A stretch of 64,000 bases of DNA from an uncultured Gemmatimonadaceae bacterium (GCA_963817955.1 CAWFQK010000004.1:480001-544000); one strand, 5' to 3'. Counted from the stretch's first letter, positions 21,203 through 32,496 are shown. The notes: generated from the letters alone by a model not told the origin. Translations and numbers: made by a program.

Positions 21203-23596
21203 CTATTCGCCGCTGATCTGCGACACGTCACGTGTGTCGAGCGACAACAACGCCGCGTTCTCCATCCACCCATCGCGACCGTCGTCGAGCACCACGCGGC
21301 TCCAGGCGCCCTGCCGCCCGGTCACCCGAACCACTTCGCCAACGATCGCCGTCGCGCCGCGCTCGCCGCCGAGCTCCGGATCGCTGCTCAGCGATCCCGT
21401 GTGGCGAACCACGGCGAGCTGTCGGCCGGAGAGTCGATCAGCCAACGCGAAGCCGCCGAGGCCTAGCAGCGCGGCCACGACTGCGAGGGTGGCGACGCTG
21501 CGGCCCCCCACTGTTGGCCGCCGAAGCGCGCGATACGCCGCGGTTGTCCACGTGAGGCACCACACGACTGCGGCGAGATCGAAGAGCCACGACGCTGGTA
21601 TCGGCAGCACGTACCCGGACGCCGTCCACGGCAGCGCGTGCACCAGCTCGGCGCGCTCACGGACGTCGCTCGCCAGGGGTTCAATGCGGAGGGCGCGCTG
21701 CCAGGCAGCGACGGTTCGTGCGGTGTCGGAAACGGCCCACGAGGCTGTCCCGAGGTTTGCCCAGGCATCCGGCGCGCGAGGATCGGCGGCGACGGAGGCG
21801 AGGAACTGCTCGCGCGCCGCCACGAAATCGTGGTGCTCGTACGCGCGAACGCCGTCGTCGAATTGCCGTTGAGCGGCACTGAGCTCGACAGCGTGAGCAG
21901 TCGCAACACCAATGGCAAGGAAACCGATTACCGTGAGGGCGCGAAGGCCGAGCTGCGCGCGCGCTAACGCTTCCTGGTCGGCGGCGCGATAGAGGCGCGC
22001 TGCACGGACGGAGGCATCGGATGACAATGTGCCGGTCGCCGAGAACGCCGCCTCGTCTAGCTCACGCAGGAATCGCTCCGACTCGAGCGCAACATCTGTC
22101 GAAACGCCACGCCGCCGCAGCGCTCGCATCAACGCGCCCGGTCGCGTGAAGCTCTCCGGCTCCAATCCGAGGCGTTCGGCCAGTGCACCGGTGTACGTGC
22201 GGCGCACGTCAGACGCATCATGTGGACCTGTGTCCCGTGCTAGCGCCGCGAGCCGCGACGCTTGCGATACGGGACGCGATGCGGCCACTCGCCTACGCCG
22301 CTCCCGCGACCCGAACGAAAGCGCTGGCAATGGGATGAGCGCCATCAACGCCCAAAATGTCGGGTGCTCGTGCAGTGGCACGCTTGGTACGCCGCGGTAG
22401 CGCGTGCGGAGCGACAGGAGCGCTTCTGTCCGCGCCGTGTCGGCCGTCGCGAGCGCACCAGGCTGGACATGCACGTGCGCACTGCTGGTCGACGCCGTCT
22501 CGTACCGTCGCGAGTCGGGATTGAAATACGTGTAATGAATAGGCGGTACATCGAGCTCGCCCGCGACTCGCGGCGTCAGGAGCCAGTCGAATTCCTTCAC
22601 GCCCGCGATCTTTCTCGCATTCGTGTCCACCTGGACGCGTTCCTCGCCGTTTACAAGGGCGGCCCAAGGCACTCCGAGGGTTGGACGCGGGAAGAGCTTC
22701 ACATTGCCCGTGCCCGATACGCGCACGGTAAGCACCAGCGGATCGCCGACGCGCGACGGAGTCGTGTCGAGCTTCGCCGCGACACGGAGATCGCCGACCG
22801 CTCCGCCAAAATCAGCCGGTCGACTCTGCAGTGGCGGCTCGATCGCGACGATCACCGAGCTGTCGGTCTGCAACTCATGCGTTTCCTCCCGACTGAAAAA
22901 ACTGGCCGACAGCGGCAGCGAATACACCAGCTGCGCCGGTGGAATGGCAAACCGGCCGGGCATGAGCGGAAAGAGCGCGCGCTGATAGACGAGCGCATCG
23001 AAGCAGTGCGAGGCAACCTGGCGCCTTGGCGGATCGGCGCGCGCAGGGAGATCGTAGGCCAACATCGATTGCATGTCGGGCGGAAAGAACGTCGGATTGC
23101 GTCGCAGGCGGTCGCGGACCGTTTCATTCAGGAAGACGGCCACCTCGTAGTTCGCCTGCTGACCGACGTAGACCGTCTCCGGAAGCGAGAGCGCCCGAAA
23201 GTTCACTGCGAGGCTGGTATCCACCCTGGCGCGCGCGATGACGATCGGAATGGTGGGATGTCCGGCCTGCCGGACTGAAATCATGACCGGCTTCGAACGG
23301 ACGACCGTTCCGCCGAGGCGCGCTTCGAACGAAGGAATCGCAAACGTGCCGATGCGATCCGTCGTCAACACGTATCGGTATTCGGCGAGTACGGAACTCT
23401 TATCGAACGTGACATGTGGCATCCCCGAGGAGCGCAGCACGTCGAACGGCGCCATTGAAGGGGCGATGAGCTGCGGCGCCACATTGCCTGGTGCGCTGAT
23501 AGCCACGCTGATCTCGATTGCCTCGCAGGTGGAGGCCGTATCGGGAGCATGTGCGACAATCGATAGCTGAGCAGCCAGCGCCAGAATGCCAATCAC
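21203..23596 (-). CDS. BatD/BatE-like protein (BatD + TPR + SH3)
   Basis: FGGAVG..VGDPLVLTVRVSGTGN, TPR repeat, C-terminal SH3-like GWM. Lies downstream of the VWA genes. Confidence 0.8.
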   Translation of the reverse strand: MIGILALAAQLSIVAHAPDTASTCEAIEISVAISAPGNVAPQLIAPSMAPFDVLRSSGMPHVTFDKSSVLAEYRYVLTTDRIGTFAIPSFEARLGGTVVRSKPVMISVRQAGHPTIPIVIARARVDTSLAVNFRALSLPETVYVGQQANYEVAVFLNETVRDRLRRNPTFFPPDMQSMLAYDLPARADPPRRQVASHCFDALVYQRALFPLMPGRFAIPPAQLVYSLPLSASFFSREETHELQTDSSVIVAIEPPLQSRPADFGGAVGDLRVAAKLDTTPSRVGDPLVLTVRVSGTGNVKLFPRPTLGVPWAALVNGEERVQVDTNARKIAGVKEFDWLLTPRVAGELDVPPIHYTYFNPDSRRYETASTSSAHVHVQPGALATADTARTEALLSLRTRYRGVPSVPLHEHPTFWALMALIPLPALSFGSRERRRRVAASRPVSQASRLAALARDTGPHDASDVRRTYTGALAERLGLEPESFTRPGALMRALRRRGVSTDVALESERFLRELDEAAFSATGTLSSDASVRAARLYRAADQEALARAQLGLRALTVIGFLAIGVATAHAVELSAAQRQFDDGVRAYEHHDFVAAREQFLASVAADPRAPDAWANLGTASWAVSDTARTVAAWQRALRIEPLASDVRERAELVHALPWTASGYVLPIPASWLFDLAAVVWCLTWTTAAYRALRRPTVGGRSVATLAVVAALLGLGGFALADRLSGRQLAVVRHTGSLSSDPELGGERGATAIVGEVVRVTGRQGAWSRVVLDDGRDGWMENAALLSLDTRDVSQISGE

Positions 23597-25278
23597 CAGT
23601 CCTTTCCTCCCGGCGGCGGCTCGACCTTGTTCTGCTTCTGCTTCTTTGACTGCGTGTCACGCTCTTCGCGCGCCGCGCTACCGAGGAGCTGTTCCGCCTG
23701 CTGTTGACCGAGTCCGCCTTGCGGTTGCGGAGCCTGGCCCTGCGGAGACTTGTTGCTCGCGCCGCCTCCCCCGCCCCCGCCCCCTCCACCACCACCGCCT
23801 TGTTTCTTGCGCAACGCCAATTCGTAATTCCACTTTGCGTCGACGTCATTCGGCCGCATGAGAATCGCTTTCTTGTACAGCGCGAGCGCCGAATCCAGCT
23901 CGCCACCGTCCTGTCCCGGCGCGGCGGCGAGCCCTGGCTTCAAGTGGGCGAGCCCCAGATTGAACGCTGCGCGAAAGCGGATCTCGTCGTTTTTCGCGTC
24001 GCTCAGATGGCCGAGCGCTTCAGCCGCCGTCTGCATGGAATCGGCGGCAACCAGTGACGTGCCGAAGTTGTAGATCGTTTCCGGCGTCTTGTCGCCCGCC
24101 GTGATGGCATCGCGAAAGTGTGATGCGGCCTGCACATACTGCCCACGATTGTAGTTGGCGACGCCTTGCTCGCTACGCGATAACCCGACGCATCCATTGA
24201 GGAAGAGCAAGAAGAGCACACTCGCTGCGGCGGTCTGTGCCGCCGCAGGCCGCGGCCGCCGGCGGCCGCGGCGTTCGATGAGCAACGTGTCGAGGAGCAG
24301 GAGCGCGAGCGCTGGGAAAAGGAACCACTGGTACCGCGGCGTCTTGGTCTCGCCGCCAAGGCTGGCGCGCGCTTGCGTGCGCAGCGTCGCGAGCGCCGAC
24401 TTGATGCGCGCCGCTTTGTCGGTTGCACCGGCGTCTATGAACGTGCCGCCGGCGGCGTCGGCCGCCCCCTTGAGGTACTCCGCGTGGTACTGCGTCACGA
24501 CTGTGTTTCCGTTCTCGTCCTTCTTGGTGGTGATCGTTCCGTCCGGCGCCTTGACCGGAATGGTCGCTCCGGCCGTGGTTCCAAATCCCACCGTGACGAG
24601 ACTGATGCCTTGCTGTCCAGCGCGTTTGGCTTCGGTGATGACGTCCTCCAATGGCTCGAATGCCTCACCGTCACTCATGACGACCAATGCGCGGTCGGCG
24701 CCACTGTTGGTGAGCGTGAGCAGGTCAACGCCCTGGCGGATGGTGCGCGCCAGCGACGTTCCCGCCTGTCCGACGACCGACGGATCGAGATTGTCGAGGA
24801 ACAGATCGAGGGCGCCTTCATCAATGGTGAGCGGCGAGAGGACGTAGCTCCGCCCGGCGAAGGCGAGTACCCCCATCCGATCGCCGGGCGACAGCGCGCG
24901 AAGCCGACGCACCTCCTGCTTCATTCGCTCGAGCCGGCTCGGGCGTTCGTCCTGCGCCAACATCGATAACGAGGCATCGAGCGCAAGCACCATGTCGATG
25001 CCGCGCGACCGGACCACGCTCCGCTCGTCACCCCAACGCGGACTGGCGACCGACACGCCTACCAGAGCGCTCGCCAGGCCCAGGCGAGCCATCCGCCATC
25101 CAGGCGGTATCAACGTGTTGGGCGGAATGAGCCGCGACACAACGTCCATATTTCCCAACCGCTCGAGCCGCGCCTTCCGCTGCCTGTACGCATGACGCAG
25201 CACCGCCAGCGCAAGCACCGGCAGCGCCAGCACCAGGATGAGCAGGTACGGATAATCAAATACTACGTCGCTCATCAT
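23593..25278 (-). CDS. BatB/BatC-like VWA + TPR protein
   Basis: LDASLSMLAQD..PSRLER; MSDGE; TPRs; ends KDW. Confidence 0.85.
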   Translation of the reverse strand: MMSDVVFDYPYLLILVLALPVLALAVLRHAYRQRKARLERLGNMDVVSRLIPPNTLIPPGWRMARLGLASALVGVSVASPRWGDERSVVRSRGIDMVLALDASLSMLAQDERPSRLERMKQEVRRLRALSPGDRMGVLAFAGRSYVLSPLTIDEGALDLFLDNLDPSVVGQAGTSLARTIRQGVDLLTLTNSGADRALVVMSDGEAFEPLEDVITEAKRAGQQGISLVTVGFGTTAGATIPVKAPDGTITTKKDENGNTVVTQYHAEYLKGAADAAGGTFIDAGATDKAARIKSALATLRTQARASLGGETKTPRYQWFLFPALALLLLDTLLIERRGRRRPRPAAAQTAAASVLFLLFLNGCVGLSRSEQGVANYNRGQYVQAASHFRDAITAGDKTPETIYNFGTSLVAADSMQTAAEALGHLSDAKNDEIRFRAAFNLGLAHLKPGLAAAPGQDGGELDSALALYKKAILMRPNDVDAKWNYELALRKKQGGGGGGGGGGGGGASNKSPQGQAPQPQGGLGQQQAEQLLGSAAREERDTQSKKQKQNKVEPPPGGKDW

Positions 25279-26267
25279 GGGAGCGGTCCCCGGCGCGCCG
25301 CGAACAACAATTCCGTCACGAGCGCCAGCACTGCCAGATATAATGGCCAGCGGAAGAGCTCCGTATAGCGCACGTACGAACGGGTACGCACCGGCTCGCG
25401 CTCGAGCTGGTTGATCTCGTCGTAGATGCGTTGCAGTGCCGCCGCATCGCGTGCACGGTAGTACCGGCCGCCGGTCGTTTTCGCGATGTCGATCAACAAC
25501 GGCTCGTCGATGCGTACCAGGCGGTTTTCGTACCGCAACCCAAAGAGACCTCGGCCCACCGGCACCGGCGCCAGGCCCTCCGTCCCGACTCCAATCGTGT
25601 AAATCTTGATGCCGAACACCGCGGCCGCCTTGGCGGCTGTCCGCGGATCGATGGCCCCGCGGTTGTTCTCGCCATCGGTGAGAAGAATCATCACGCGCGA
25701 GCGGCCCGGCGCGTCGCGCAACCGGTTCGCCGCCGTCGCGATCGCGGTGCCGATCGCCGTACCGTCTTCGAGTTGTCCAGCTGCCAGGTTGTCCACCGCG
25801 GCGTCGACGACGGGATAGTCGGTGGTGAGCGGCACTTGCGTGAGTGCCTCGGAAGCGAACGCGACGACGCCGATCCGATCGCTGGTACGAGCGGCGATGA
25901 ACCGTTTGACCACGTCCTTCGCAACCTCGAGGCGATTCTCCGGCAGGAAGTCCTGCGCAAGCATGGAGCTCGAAAGGTCGATCGCGAGCACGATGTTGAT
26001 GCCTTCGCTCGTGACGTCCTCCGCATGCGCGCCGGATCGCGGCCGCGCCAGTGCGACGATCATCGACGCCAACAGCAGGTTGCGAAGCCCGAACAGCAGC
26101 AGCGTCGTTGCGCGACCAGCGCGCGGACCTGCCGCCAGCACGCTGACGCGAGAGAACACAATGGCGGCCGGCCGGCGACGCCGCCGTACGATCCACCAGA
26201 TGGGCAGCAGCAGCAACAGCGCGAGCGCCCAAGCCGACGCGAATTGAATCGGACCAAGCGAGATCAT
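25275..26267 (-). CDS. BatA-like VWA-domain protein
   Basis: IDLSSSMLAQD; GTAIGTAI; LLTDGENN; IYTIGVG. Confidence 0.88.
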   Translation of the reverse strand: MISLGPIQFASAWALALLLLLPIWWIVRRRRRPAAIVFSRVSVLAAGPRAGRATTLLLFGLRNLLLASMIVALARPRSGAHAEDVTSEGINIVLAIDLSSSMLAQDFLPENRLEVAKDVVKRFIAARTSDRIGVVAFASEALTQVPLTTDYPVVDAAVDNLAAGQLEDGTAIGTAIATAANRLRDAPGRSRVMILLTDGENNRGAIDPRTAAKAAAVFGIKIYTIGVGTEGLAPVPVGRGLFGLRYENRLVRIDEPLLIDIAKTTGGRYYRARDAAALQRIYDEINQLEREPVRTRSYVRYTELFRWPLYLAVLALVTELLFAARRGPLP

Positions 26268-27187
26268 GCGGCCGCCTTCTCTTGCGGCGGTTGCGACGCC
26301 GTGTGCTCCTGAGCCACGACCGCGCGCGCTTCTCGTCCGAGTTCCCGTGCGCGTTCACTACTCACGGGACGCCGCGCGAACTTGATCAGATCGGCTTCGG
26401 TGAGCGCGCGCGCCAGACGTTCCTGTGGGACGAACGACAGATCGCGCACCGCGCGCTGCAACTCAGTGCTCGTCAGCGACAGCGATGCCTCGGCGTAGCG
26501 CGTCGCGAGATAGTCACGCAGCACCTCCACCATGAGCGTCACGTACCGCCCGCGCTCGCCGGCCTCGAGGAGCGCGAGCGCCTCGATGCGCTGAAACTCC
26601 AATTCGGCCCGAGCATACGGGTCAATCGCCAGCGAGAGGATGGGCCGGCGCCGGCGCCGGATCCACCACCAGAGCAACAGACCGAGCGCGATCAGCGCGG
26701 CAATCAGCGCGACGATCCACCAGGGGAACACGCTGAAGGTGAAGAGCGGACGCTGCGGCTTCGGGACGCGTTGCGCGCTGTCCTTCGGGAGCAGACTGCG
26801 CACGAACACCGTTGCCCCCCCGAGCGGCACGTGACGTTCCGCGCCGTTATAGCGCACGATCGCATCCGCCATCCGCACCGGTTGCGATCCAACATCCCAG
26901 GCGGCGACGCGGTAATCGGCATACTGCTCCATGGCACTCGTATCGGCGCTCGTACGAACGACGACCGGATCGAGCGATTGCACCGTGGATGTCGAGTCCG
27001 TGCCCGTCGGAAACTCGATCGTCGCACCGCGCGGCGCGCGGATGCCCACCGTTACACGAAATGGATCCCCGATTCGAACGGAATCCGGTGCGGCCGTAAT
27101 GCCCGCCTTCACTGGAATCTGCTGCGCGTTCACGACGCCGGCGTACGCCATGAACAACACGACGCTCGCAATGATCGATCGCCTCAC
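26264..27187 (-). CDS. Bat-cluster membrane protein
   Basis: Signal peptide, single TM, C-terminal ADLIKFA. Located between DUF58 and batA. Confidence 0.75.
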   Translation of the reverse strand: MRRSIIASVVLFMAYAGVVNAQQIPVKAGITAAPDSVRIGDPFRVTVGIRAPRGATIEFPTGTDSTSTVQSLDPVVVRTSADTSAMEQYADYRVAAWDVGSQPVRMADAIVRYNGAERHVPLGGATVFVRSLLPKDSAQRVPKPQRPLFTFSVFPWWIVALIAALIALGLLLWWWIRRRRRPILSLAIDPYARAELEFQRIEALALLEAGERGRYVTLMVEVLRDYLATRYAEASLSLTSTELQRAVRDLSFVPQERLARALTEADLIKFARRPVSSERARELGREARAVVAQEHTASQPPQEKAAA

Positions 27188-28161
27188 TTTCGAATCCTCC
27201 GCTCACGCATTCTGAAGAATCGGAGCAGTGGATCCATGATGCCCTGCGTGGTCGTGACCGGGATCTCGTCGATCGCCAATCGGCGCAAGAGATGACGCCG
27301 GCGTTCGACGTCTCGCGACACCTCGCGGTCGAATTGCGCGCGCACCTCGGGATCGCTCGTGTCCACATCGAGCGTCGCGCCCGTTTCCGGGTCGACCAGC
27401 CGCACCAGTCCGATATCGGGCAGCGCGCGCTCGCTGGGATCCTCCAGCGTCACGGCCACGACATCATGCCGTTGCGCGAGCAGCTTGAGCGGCCGCTCGA
27501 TGTCGCCGCCAAAGAAGTCCGACACGACGAAGATGACCGCCTTGTGCGTCAGCATCTTGTTCATGTATTCGAGTGCGCACCGACAATGTCGGTGCCACGA
27601 CTCGCCGGCTCGAAGGCGAGCAAGTCGCGAATCAGCCGCAGCGCGTGGCGGCGACCTTTTCGCGGCGGAACGACGTGCTCGATGCGATCGGTGAACATCA
27701 GCGCCCCGACGCGGTCGTTGTTCCGGATCGCCGACATCGCGAGGACCGCCGCGAGCTCGGCCGCGACTTCGCTCTTGAAGCGCCGACGCGTGCCGAACCG
27801 CTCGGACCCCGACACGTCGACCGCGAGCATCACAGTCAGCTCGCGCTCCTCGATGTAGCGCTTGACGAACGGGCGCTGCATGCGCGCCGTCACGTTCCAG
27901 TCGATCGATGCGCACTTCGTCGCCGGGCTGGTACTCGCGCACCTCGGCGAACTCCATGCCCTGCCCCTTGAACACGGAGCGGTACTCACCCGTAAACAGC
28001 GAGTTCACCAGCCCTCGCGTGCGCAGCTCGAGCAGCTTGACCTGGCGCAGGATTTCCGGTGGAACCGCCGGCGATGACTGACGATCGGGCACAGCACGAT
28101 GGACGATCGGCGATTGGCGATCGGTCACGCCCTCCTCGCGCCGGAATAGCGAAAACGCCAC
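27184..28161 (-). CDS. DUF58 protein (indels)
   Basis: YRSVFKGQGMEFAEVREYQPGD; IDWNVTAR; EERELTVMLAVDVSGS. Confidence 0.88.
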   Translation of the reverse strand: MAFSLFRREEGVTDRQSPIVHRAVPDRQSSPAVPPEILRQVKLLELRTRGLVNSLFTGEYRSVFKGQGMEFAEVREYQPGDEVRIDRLERDGAHAAPVRQALHRGARADCDARGRRVGVRAVRHASALQERSRGRARGGPRDVGDPEQRPRRGADVHRSHRARRSAAKRSPPRAAADSRLARLRAGESWHRHCRCALEYMNKMLTHKAVIFVVSDFFGGDIERPLKLLAQRHDVVAVTLEDPSERALPDIGLVRLVDPETGATLDVDTSDPEVRAQFDREVSRDVERRRHLLRRLAIDEIPVTTTQGIMDPLLRFFRMRERRIRK

Positions 28162-28172
28162 GGCTCAGTGCC

Positions 28173-29171
28173 TCACGGACTCTCGATCTTGTCCAGCACG
28201 CGCTGCACGATCTGGTCGCTGGTCACCTCTTCGGCTTCGGCCTCGTAGGTGGTGAGCACGCGATGGCGCAGCACGTCCGGCGCGATCGCCTTCACGTCGT
28301 CGGGCGTGACGAAGGCGCGGCCGCGCAGGAAGGCGTGCGCGCGCGACGCCTGCGCGAGCGCGATCGTGGCGCGCGGACTGGCGCCGAACTCGATCAGCGG
28401 CGCGAGGTCGGCGAGACCGGCCGCGGCCGGGCTCGCGCGTCGCGTGCACGATGTCGACGATGTAGTCCACGATCCGGTCGTCCATGTACAGCTCCGCGAT
28501 CCGGTGCCGCGCGTCCATGATCGCCTTCGGCGATCGCAACGGCCTGCACCTCGATCGGCTCGCCCCCCGCCATGCGGCGCATGATCTCCTTCTCCTCGTC
28601 GCGCGTCGGGTAGCCCGACGCGCAGCTTGAGCATGAAGCGGTCGACCTGCGCCTCGGGCAGCGGGTACGTGCCCTCCTGCTCGATCGGGTTCTGCGTCGC
28701 CAGCACGAGGAACGGTTCCTCGAGCTTGAACGTCGTGCCGCCGATGGTGACCTGCTTTTCCTGCATCGCTTCGAGCAGCGCCGCCTGCACCTTGGCCGGC
28801 GCGCGGTTGATCTCGTCGGCGAGCATGATGTTGGCGAAGATCGGCCCGTTCTTGACCGAGAACTGCCCCGTGGATTGATCGTAGAACTGCGTGCCGACGA
28901 CGTCCGCCGGCAGCAGGTCGGGCGTGAACTGGATGCGCTGGAAGGTCGTGTCGATCGACTCCGCGAGCGTCCGCACGGTGAGCGTCTTCGCCAGTCCCGG
29001 CACGCCCTCGAGCAGCACATGGCCGCCGGTGAGCAGGCTGATGAGCAGCCGCTCGACCATGTACTCCTGGCCGACGACGCGCCGCGCCACTTGGCGTGCG
29101 ACGTCCTGGATCAGCCGCGAATCAGCCGACGTTGCCACGTGAGACGCCGACGTTGAGACCTGAGTAGCCAC
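28173..29171 (-). CDS. moxR: MoxR-family AAA+ ATPase (indels)
   Basis: LLEGVPGLAKT; RIQFTPDLLPAD; LADEINRAPAKVQAALLEAMQE; ATQNPIEQEGTYPLPEAQ. Confidence 0.93.
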   Translation of the reverse strand: MATQVSTSASHVATSADSRLIQDVARQVARRVVGQEYMVERLLISLLTGGHVLLEGVPGLAKTLTVRTLAESIDTTFQRIQFTPDLLPADVVGTQFYDQSTGQFSVKNGPIFANIMLADEINRAPAKVQAALLEAMQEKQVTIGGTTFKLEEPFLVLATQNPIEQEGTYPLPEAQVDRFMLKLRVGLPDARRGEGDHAPHGGGRADRGAGRCDRRRRSWTRGTGSRSCTWTTGSWTTSSTSCTRRASPAAAGLADLAPLIEFGASPRATIALAQASRAHAFLRGRAFVTPDDVKAIAPDVLRHRVLTTYEAEAEEVTSDQIVQRVLDKIESP

Positions 29172-29308
29172 GGTATACCAGGGTTGACGGTTGCGAATGG
29201 ACGGTGGAGGGTGGAGGGGGAGCTCGCTCGCCGACACGACCCGCTTCCACACCCACCCTGCTGTGCTGGTTGTCCTACCCACGACCTGCCGTTCGGTGCC
29301 CTTTAGGC

Positions 29309-30029
29309 TTAGACGCCGACCGCGAGCAAGGCCGCCCGTTCACGAGGCGTCAGCTTGCGCGTCTCGCCGGTCGGAAGGTCTCCGAGCTGCACCGGACCGA
29401 ACCGCACGCGCACGAGCCGTTCCACCTCGAGGCCCAGTGCCTCGCACAGGCGGCGGACTTCGCGCTTGCGGCCCTCGGTGAGGGTGATCTCGAACTCCCA
29501 ACGGTCACGACCCAACTTGCGCGCTGCCACACGTGTCGGGCGCACCGGGCCATCGTCGAGTTCCACGCCTTCCCGTGCGAGCAACACGGCTGCGTCGCCC
29601 TTGCCGCGTCACTGTGGCGACGTACGTGCGCTCCAATTCGCTGCTCGGGTGCGATGAGCCGGTGCGCGGCGGCGCCGTCGGTCGTAAGGAGCAGCACGCC
29701 TTCGGTGAGGAAATCGAGGCGGCCAACGTAGGTCAGTCCAGGAATCTTGGGCACGAGATCGAACACCGTCGGTCGCCCGTCAGGATCGGACCTCGTGGTC
29801 ATCACGCCGGCGGGCTTGTTCAGGACGATCCACTCGGTCGCCGCGGGGCGCCACGACCCGAGCGCCGTCCACTTTGATGCGGTCGCTCGCCGGGTCCACT
29901 GTCTGACCGGTGTGCGCCACCACGCCATTCACACTGAACGCGCCCGGCGGCGATCAGTTCTTCGGCTTTCCGCCGGGACGTGACCCCCGCGCGCGCCAGT
30001 GCGCGCTGGATGCGCATCATCTCGGCCAT
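29309..30029 (-). CDS. rluB: Pseudouridine synthase, RluB/RsuA family (indels)
   Basis: S4 domain [38 protein letters not shown]. Confidence 0.85.
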
Positions 30030-30041
30030 TATTCGGTCTCC

Positions 30042-30603
30042 TCATTGCGATCGCTGCGGTTCGGCGGCACGCTCCGGCATGCGAAGCGCGATCGCCAGCT
30101 CGTCCGCGCGAGGCAGCTCCTCGAGATGCCGCAACGCGAAGTGCTCGAGGAACACCGGCGTCGTACCATAGAGCAGGGGACGCCCGATCCCTTCGCCGCG
30201 CCCGACGACGTCGATCAGGCCGCGCTCGTGCAACGACTTGAGCACGCCGCCAACCGCGACGCCGCGGATCTCCTCGATTTCCGCGCGACCGATCGGCTGG
30301 CGATAGGCGATGATCGCGAGCGTCTCGAGCGCCGCGCCAGACAGACGCGCGGGCCGCGCCGCGAGTTGGGCCCGCTCGATCGCTTCGGTGTACTCGGCGC
30401 GCGTGAGGATCTGCCAGCCGCCGCCAATCTCCACCAGCTCCACGCCATGCCCATTGACGTCGTACTGCTCGCGCAGCTCGTCGAGCGCGGCCTGAAGCTC
30501 GCCGCGCGACGCGTCGGGTTCGAGCGCCGCGAGCTCGTCGGTCGGTGATGGGGCGAGCGCTGGCGAACAGCGCTGCTTCAAGCAGCTTCGCTAGCGGCGT
30601 CAC
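30042..30603 (-). CDS. scpB: SMC-Scp subunit ScpB (one indel)
   Basis: LEAALFAS; LSGAALETLAIIAYRQPI; GRPLLYGTT..FLEHF. Confidence 0.92.
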
Positions 30604-31321
30604 GAGAGATCTCCACGTTGGCGAAAGGTTTGGGCTGCACCACGCGGAGCTCGCCGAGCTTCGCGAGTTCGAGCAAGCCGAGCAGCGTCGAAAGAATCTG
30701 CCACGGTTCGGCAGTCGTGCTCGATGATTTCCGTCCACATGATCCGCGCTTTGAGCGCCAGCACCGCGCGAATGATGCGCGATCGCACCAGGAACGTCCA
30801 ACGCGCGCGACACGACCTCGTGCATGTTCGGTTCCTTGGCCGCGCGCAGGACGCGGTCGACCGCCGCGAGCAGTTCCGACAGCGAGAGCGCGAGCGGGGC
30901 CTGGGGCGCCGCTGGCGCCTGCGGCAAATAGGCGCGCGCAAACTGGTTTCGCCGCTCTTCACCGCGTCGCTCGAGGACGTCTACGACTTCGCGCATCTGC
31001 TGGTACTCGAGCAACCGCCGCACGAGCTCGGCCCGCGGATCCTCCCACAACTCCTCGTTGCTCCGCGGCAACAGCATCTGCGCTTTGATGCGCAGCAAGC
31101 GCGCCGCCATTTCCAGGTACTCGGCTGCCTCGTTGAGCGCCAAGCGTGCGAATGCGCACGACGAACTGTTCGCAGATCCGTGCGATCGGAATATCGTAGA
31201 TGTCGACCTGCTCTTCGCGAATGAGCGACAGCAGCAGGTCGAGCGGGCCCGAGAACGCCGGCAGCTCGATGATGAAACTGGAATCCGACGCGGGGGCGTC
31301 GGGCGTGTCAGTCGCCGTCAT
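30578..31321 (-). CDS. scpA: SMC-Scp subunit ScpA (indels)
   Basis: FSGPLDLLLSLI..DIYDIPIARI; YLEMAARLLRIKAQMLLP; DPRAELVRRLLEY. Confidence 0.92.
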
Positions 31322-31334
31322 ACGGTGCGGCCTC

Positions 31335-32024
31335 TCACAGCCACTGATTGAGCGTCGGCAATGCATACGGCGTCGCCCAGTTCAGGAGCACCCCGCCGAA
31401 CGCCATCGCAGGGTGCAACCAGACGTCGAGCACCCCGCCGCCGAAGGACAACAACAGTACGAGCGCGAGAATGCCGTAGCGTCCAAACTGCTGGTACCGA
31501 AGCGCCCACGATACCGGCATGAGGTACTTCACGACGTGTGATCCGTCGAGGGGCGGTATCGGAATGAGATTGAACGCGGCGAGCAGGAGATTCAATCGCA
31601 GACCGACGAACATCATGGCCTGGAGGATGGTCAACGTCGTCTCGGCGGCTGGAGCCGTGCGACCCACGAGTCCGATGATCACGAACAGGACTATCGACAG
31701 CACCGCCAGCAGGAGATTCACGAACACGCCGGCCAGCGAGACGATGATGTCCCCGCGCTTGAACCGTCGGTAGTTTCGTGGATTCACCGGCACCGGCTTG
31801 GCGCCACCCAACACCATGGCGCCGCTCGACATGATGTACAGCATGACCGGCAGAATCACGGTCATGAACGGGTCGATGTGCTTGACCGGGTTCCACGTCA
31901 GCCGGCCAAGCGACAGAGCGGTGGTATCCCCTTGTTTTAGAGCCGCGTACCCATGCGCATATTCGTGGGCGATGACCGAAAACAGCAGGACCGGCACGAA
32001 CAGCAGGAAATCCTGTAGATGCAA
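31335..32024 (-). CDS. Site-2 protease (peptidase M50)
   Basis: HEYAH; AKPVPVNP; FNLIPIPPLDG. Confidence 0.9.
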   Translation of the reverse strand: MHLQDFLLFVPVLLFSVIAHEYAHGYAALKQGDTTALSLGRLTWNPVKHIDPFMTVILPVMLYIMSSGAMVLGGAKPVPVNPRNYRRFKRGDIIVSLAGVFVNLLLAVLSIVLFVIIGLVGRTAPAAETTLTILQAMMFVGLRLNLLLAAFNLIPIPPLDGSHVVKYLMPVSWALRYQQFGRYGILALVLLLSFGGGVLDVWLHPAMAFGGVLLNWATPYALPTLNQWL

Positions 32025-32072
32025 CGTCGGCGGGATGGGCGGGGTCGAGCGGGCCGGGAGCGATTGGCGCGA

Positions 32073-32144
32073 AAGTTAGTAACCGTGTCGAGTAGAGTCA
32101 AAGCGTTATCGCGCCTTGACTTTGACAATCCTGAATCCTAGCTT
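32073..32144. promoter_or_regulatory. Divergent sigma70-type promoters (M50 protease operon / rpsT)
   Basis: Minus strand TTGACT-N17-TAACTT (32101-32073). Plus strand TTGACT-N17-TAGCTT (32116-32144). Confidence 0.6.
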
Positions 32145-32194
32145 CCAGCCTTCGCGAACACCGCGATTTTCACTGAGATTTTGGAGATTATTTC

Positions 32195-32422
32195 GTGCCG
32201 AATATCGCATCCGCCAAGAAGAACATGCGTAAGTCGCGCGCGGCGACCGTGCGCAACCGTGCGCAACGTTCCGCCCTGCGGACTGCCCTGAAAAAGGCGC
32301 AAGCGCCTGACGCCGGTGCCGAGGCCAAGCTCGCTGCTACCAAGCTGCTTGATCGCGCCGCTCGGAAGGGGCTGATTCACAAGAACAACGCGGCCCGCAA
32401 CAAGAGCAAACTCAGCAAGTAA
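32195..32422 (+). CDS. rpsT: 30S ribosomal protein S20
   Basis: MPNIASAKK..RN...SALRTALKK..LDRAARKGLIHKNNAARNKSKL. Confidence 0.96.
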   Translation: MPNIASAKKNMRKSRAATVRNRAQRSALRTALKKAQAPDAGAEAKLAATKLLDRAARKGLIHKNNAARNKSKLSK

Positions 32423-32468
32423 CGACTAGGCAGCGACCTAGACACGAGTTGCGAGTGGATCGAATGGG

Positions 32469-32496
32469 ACCGGAGCGACGCAGTCGCTCCGGTCTT
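32469..32496. terminator. Hairpin terminator between convergent genes
   Basis: GACCGGAGCGAC-GCA-GTCGCTCCGGTC. Confidence 0.75.

Noticed and set aside
23760..23800. Poly-glycine G/C run in the BatB-like gene as a contingency locus
   Set aside because: Mixed Gly codons in a low-complexity linker and the frame is intact.
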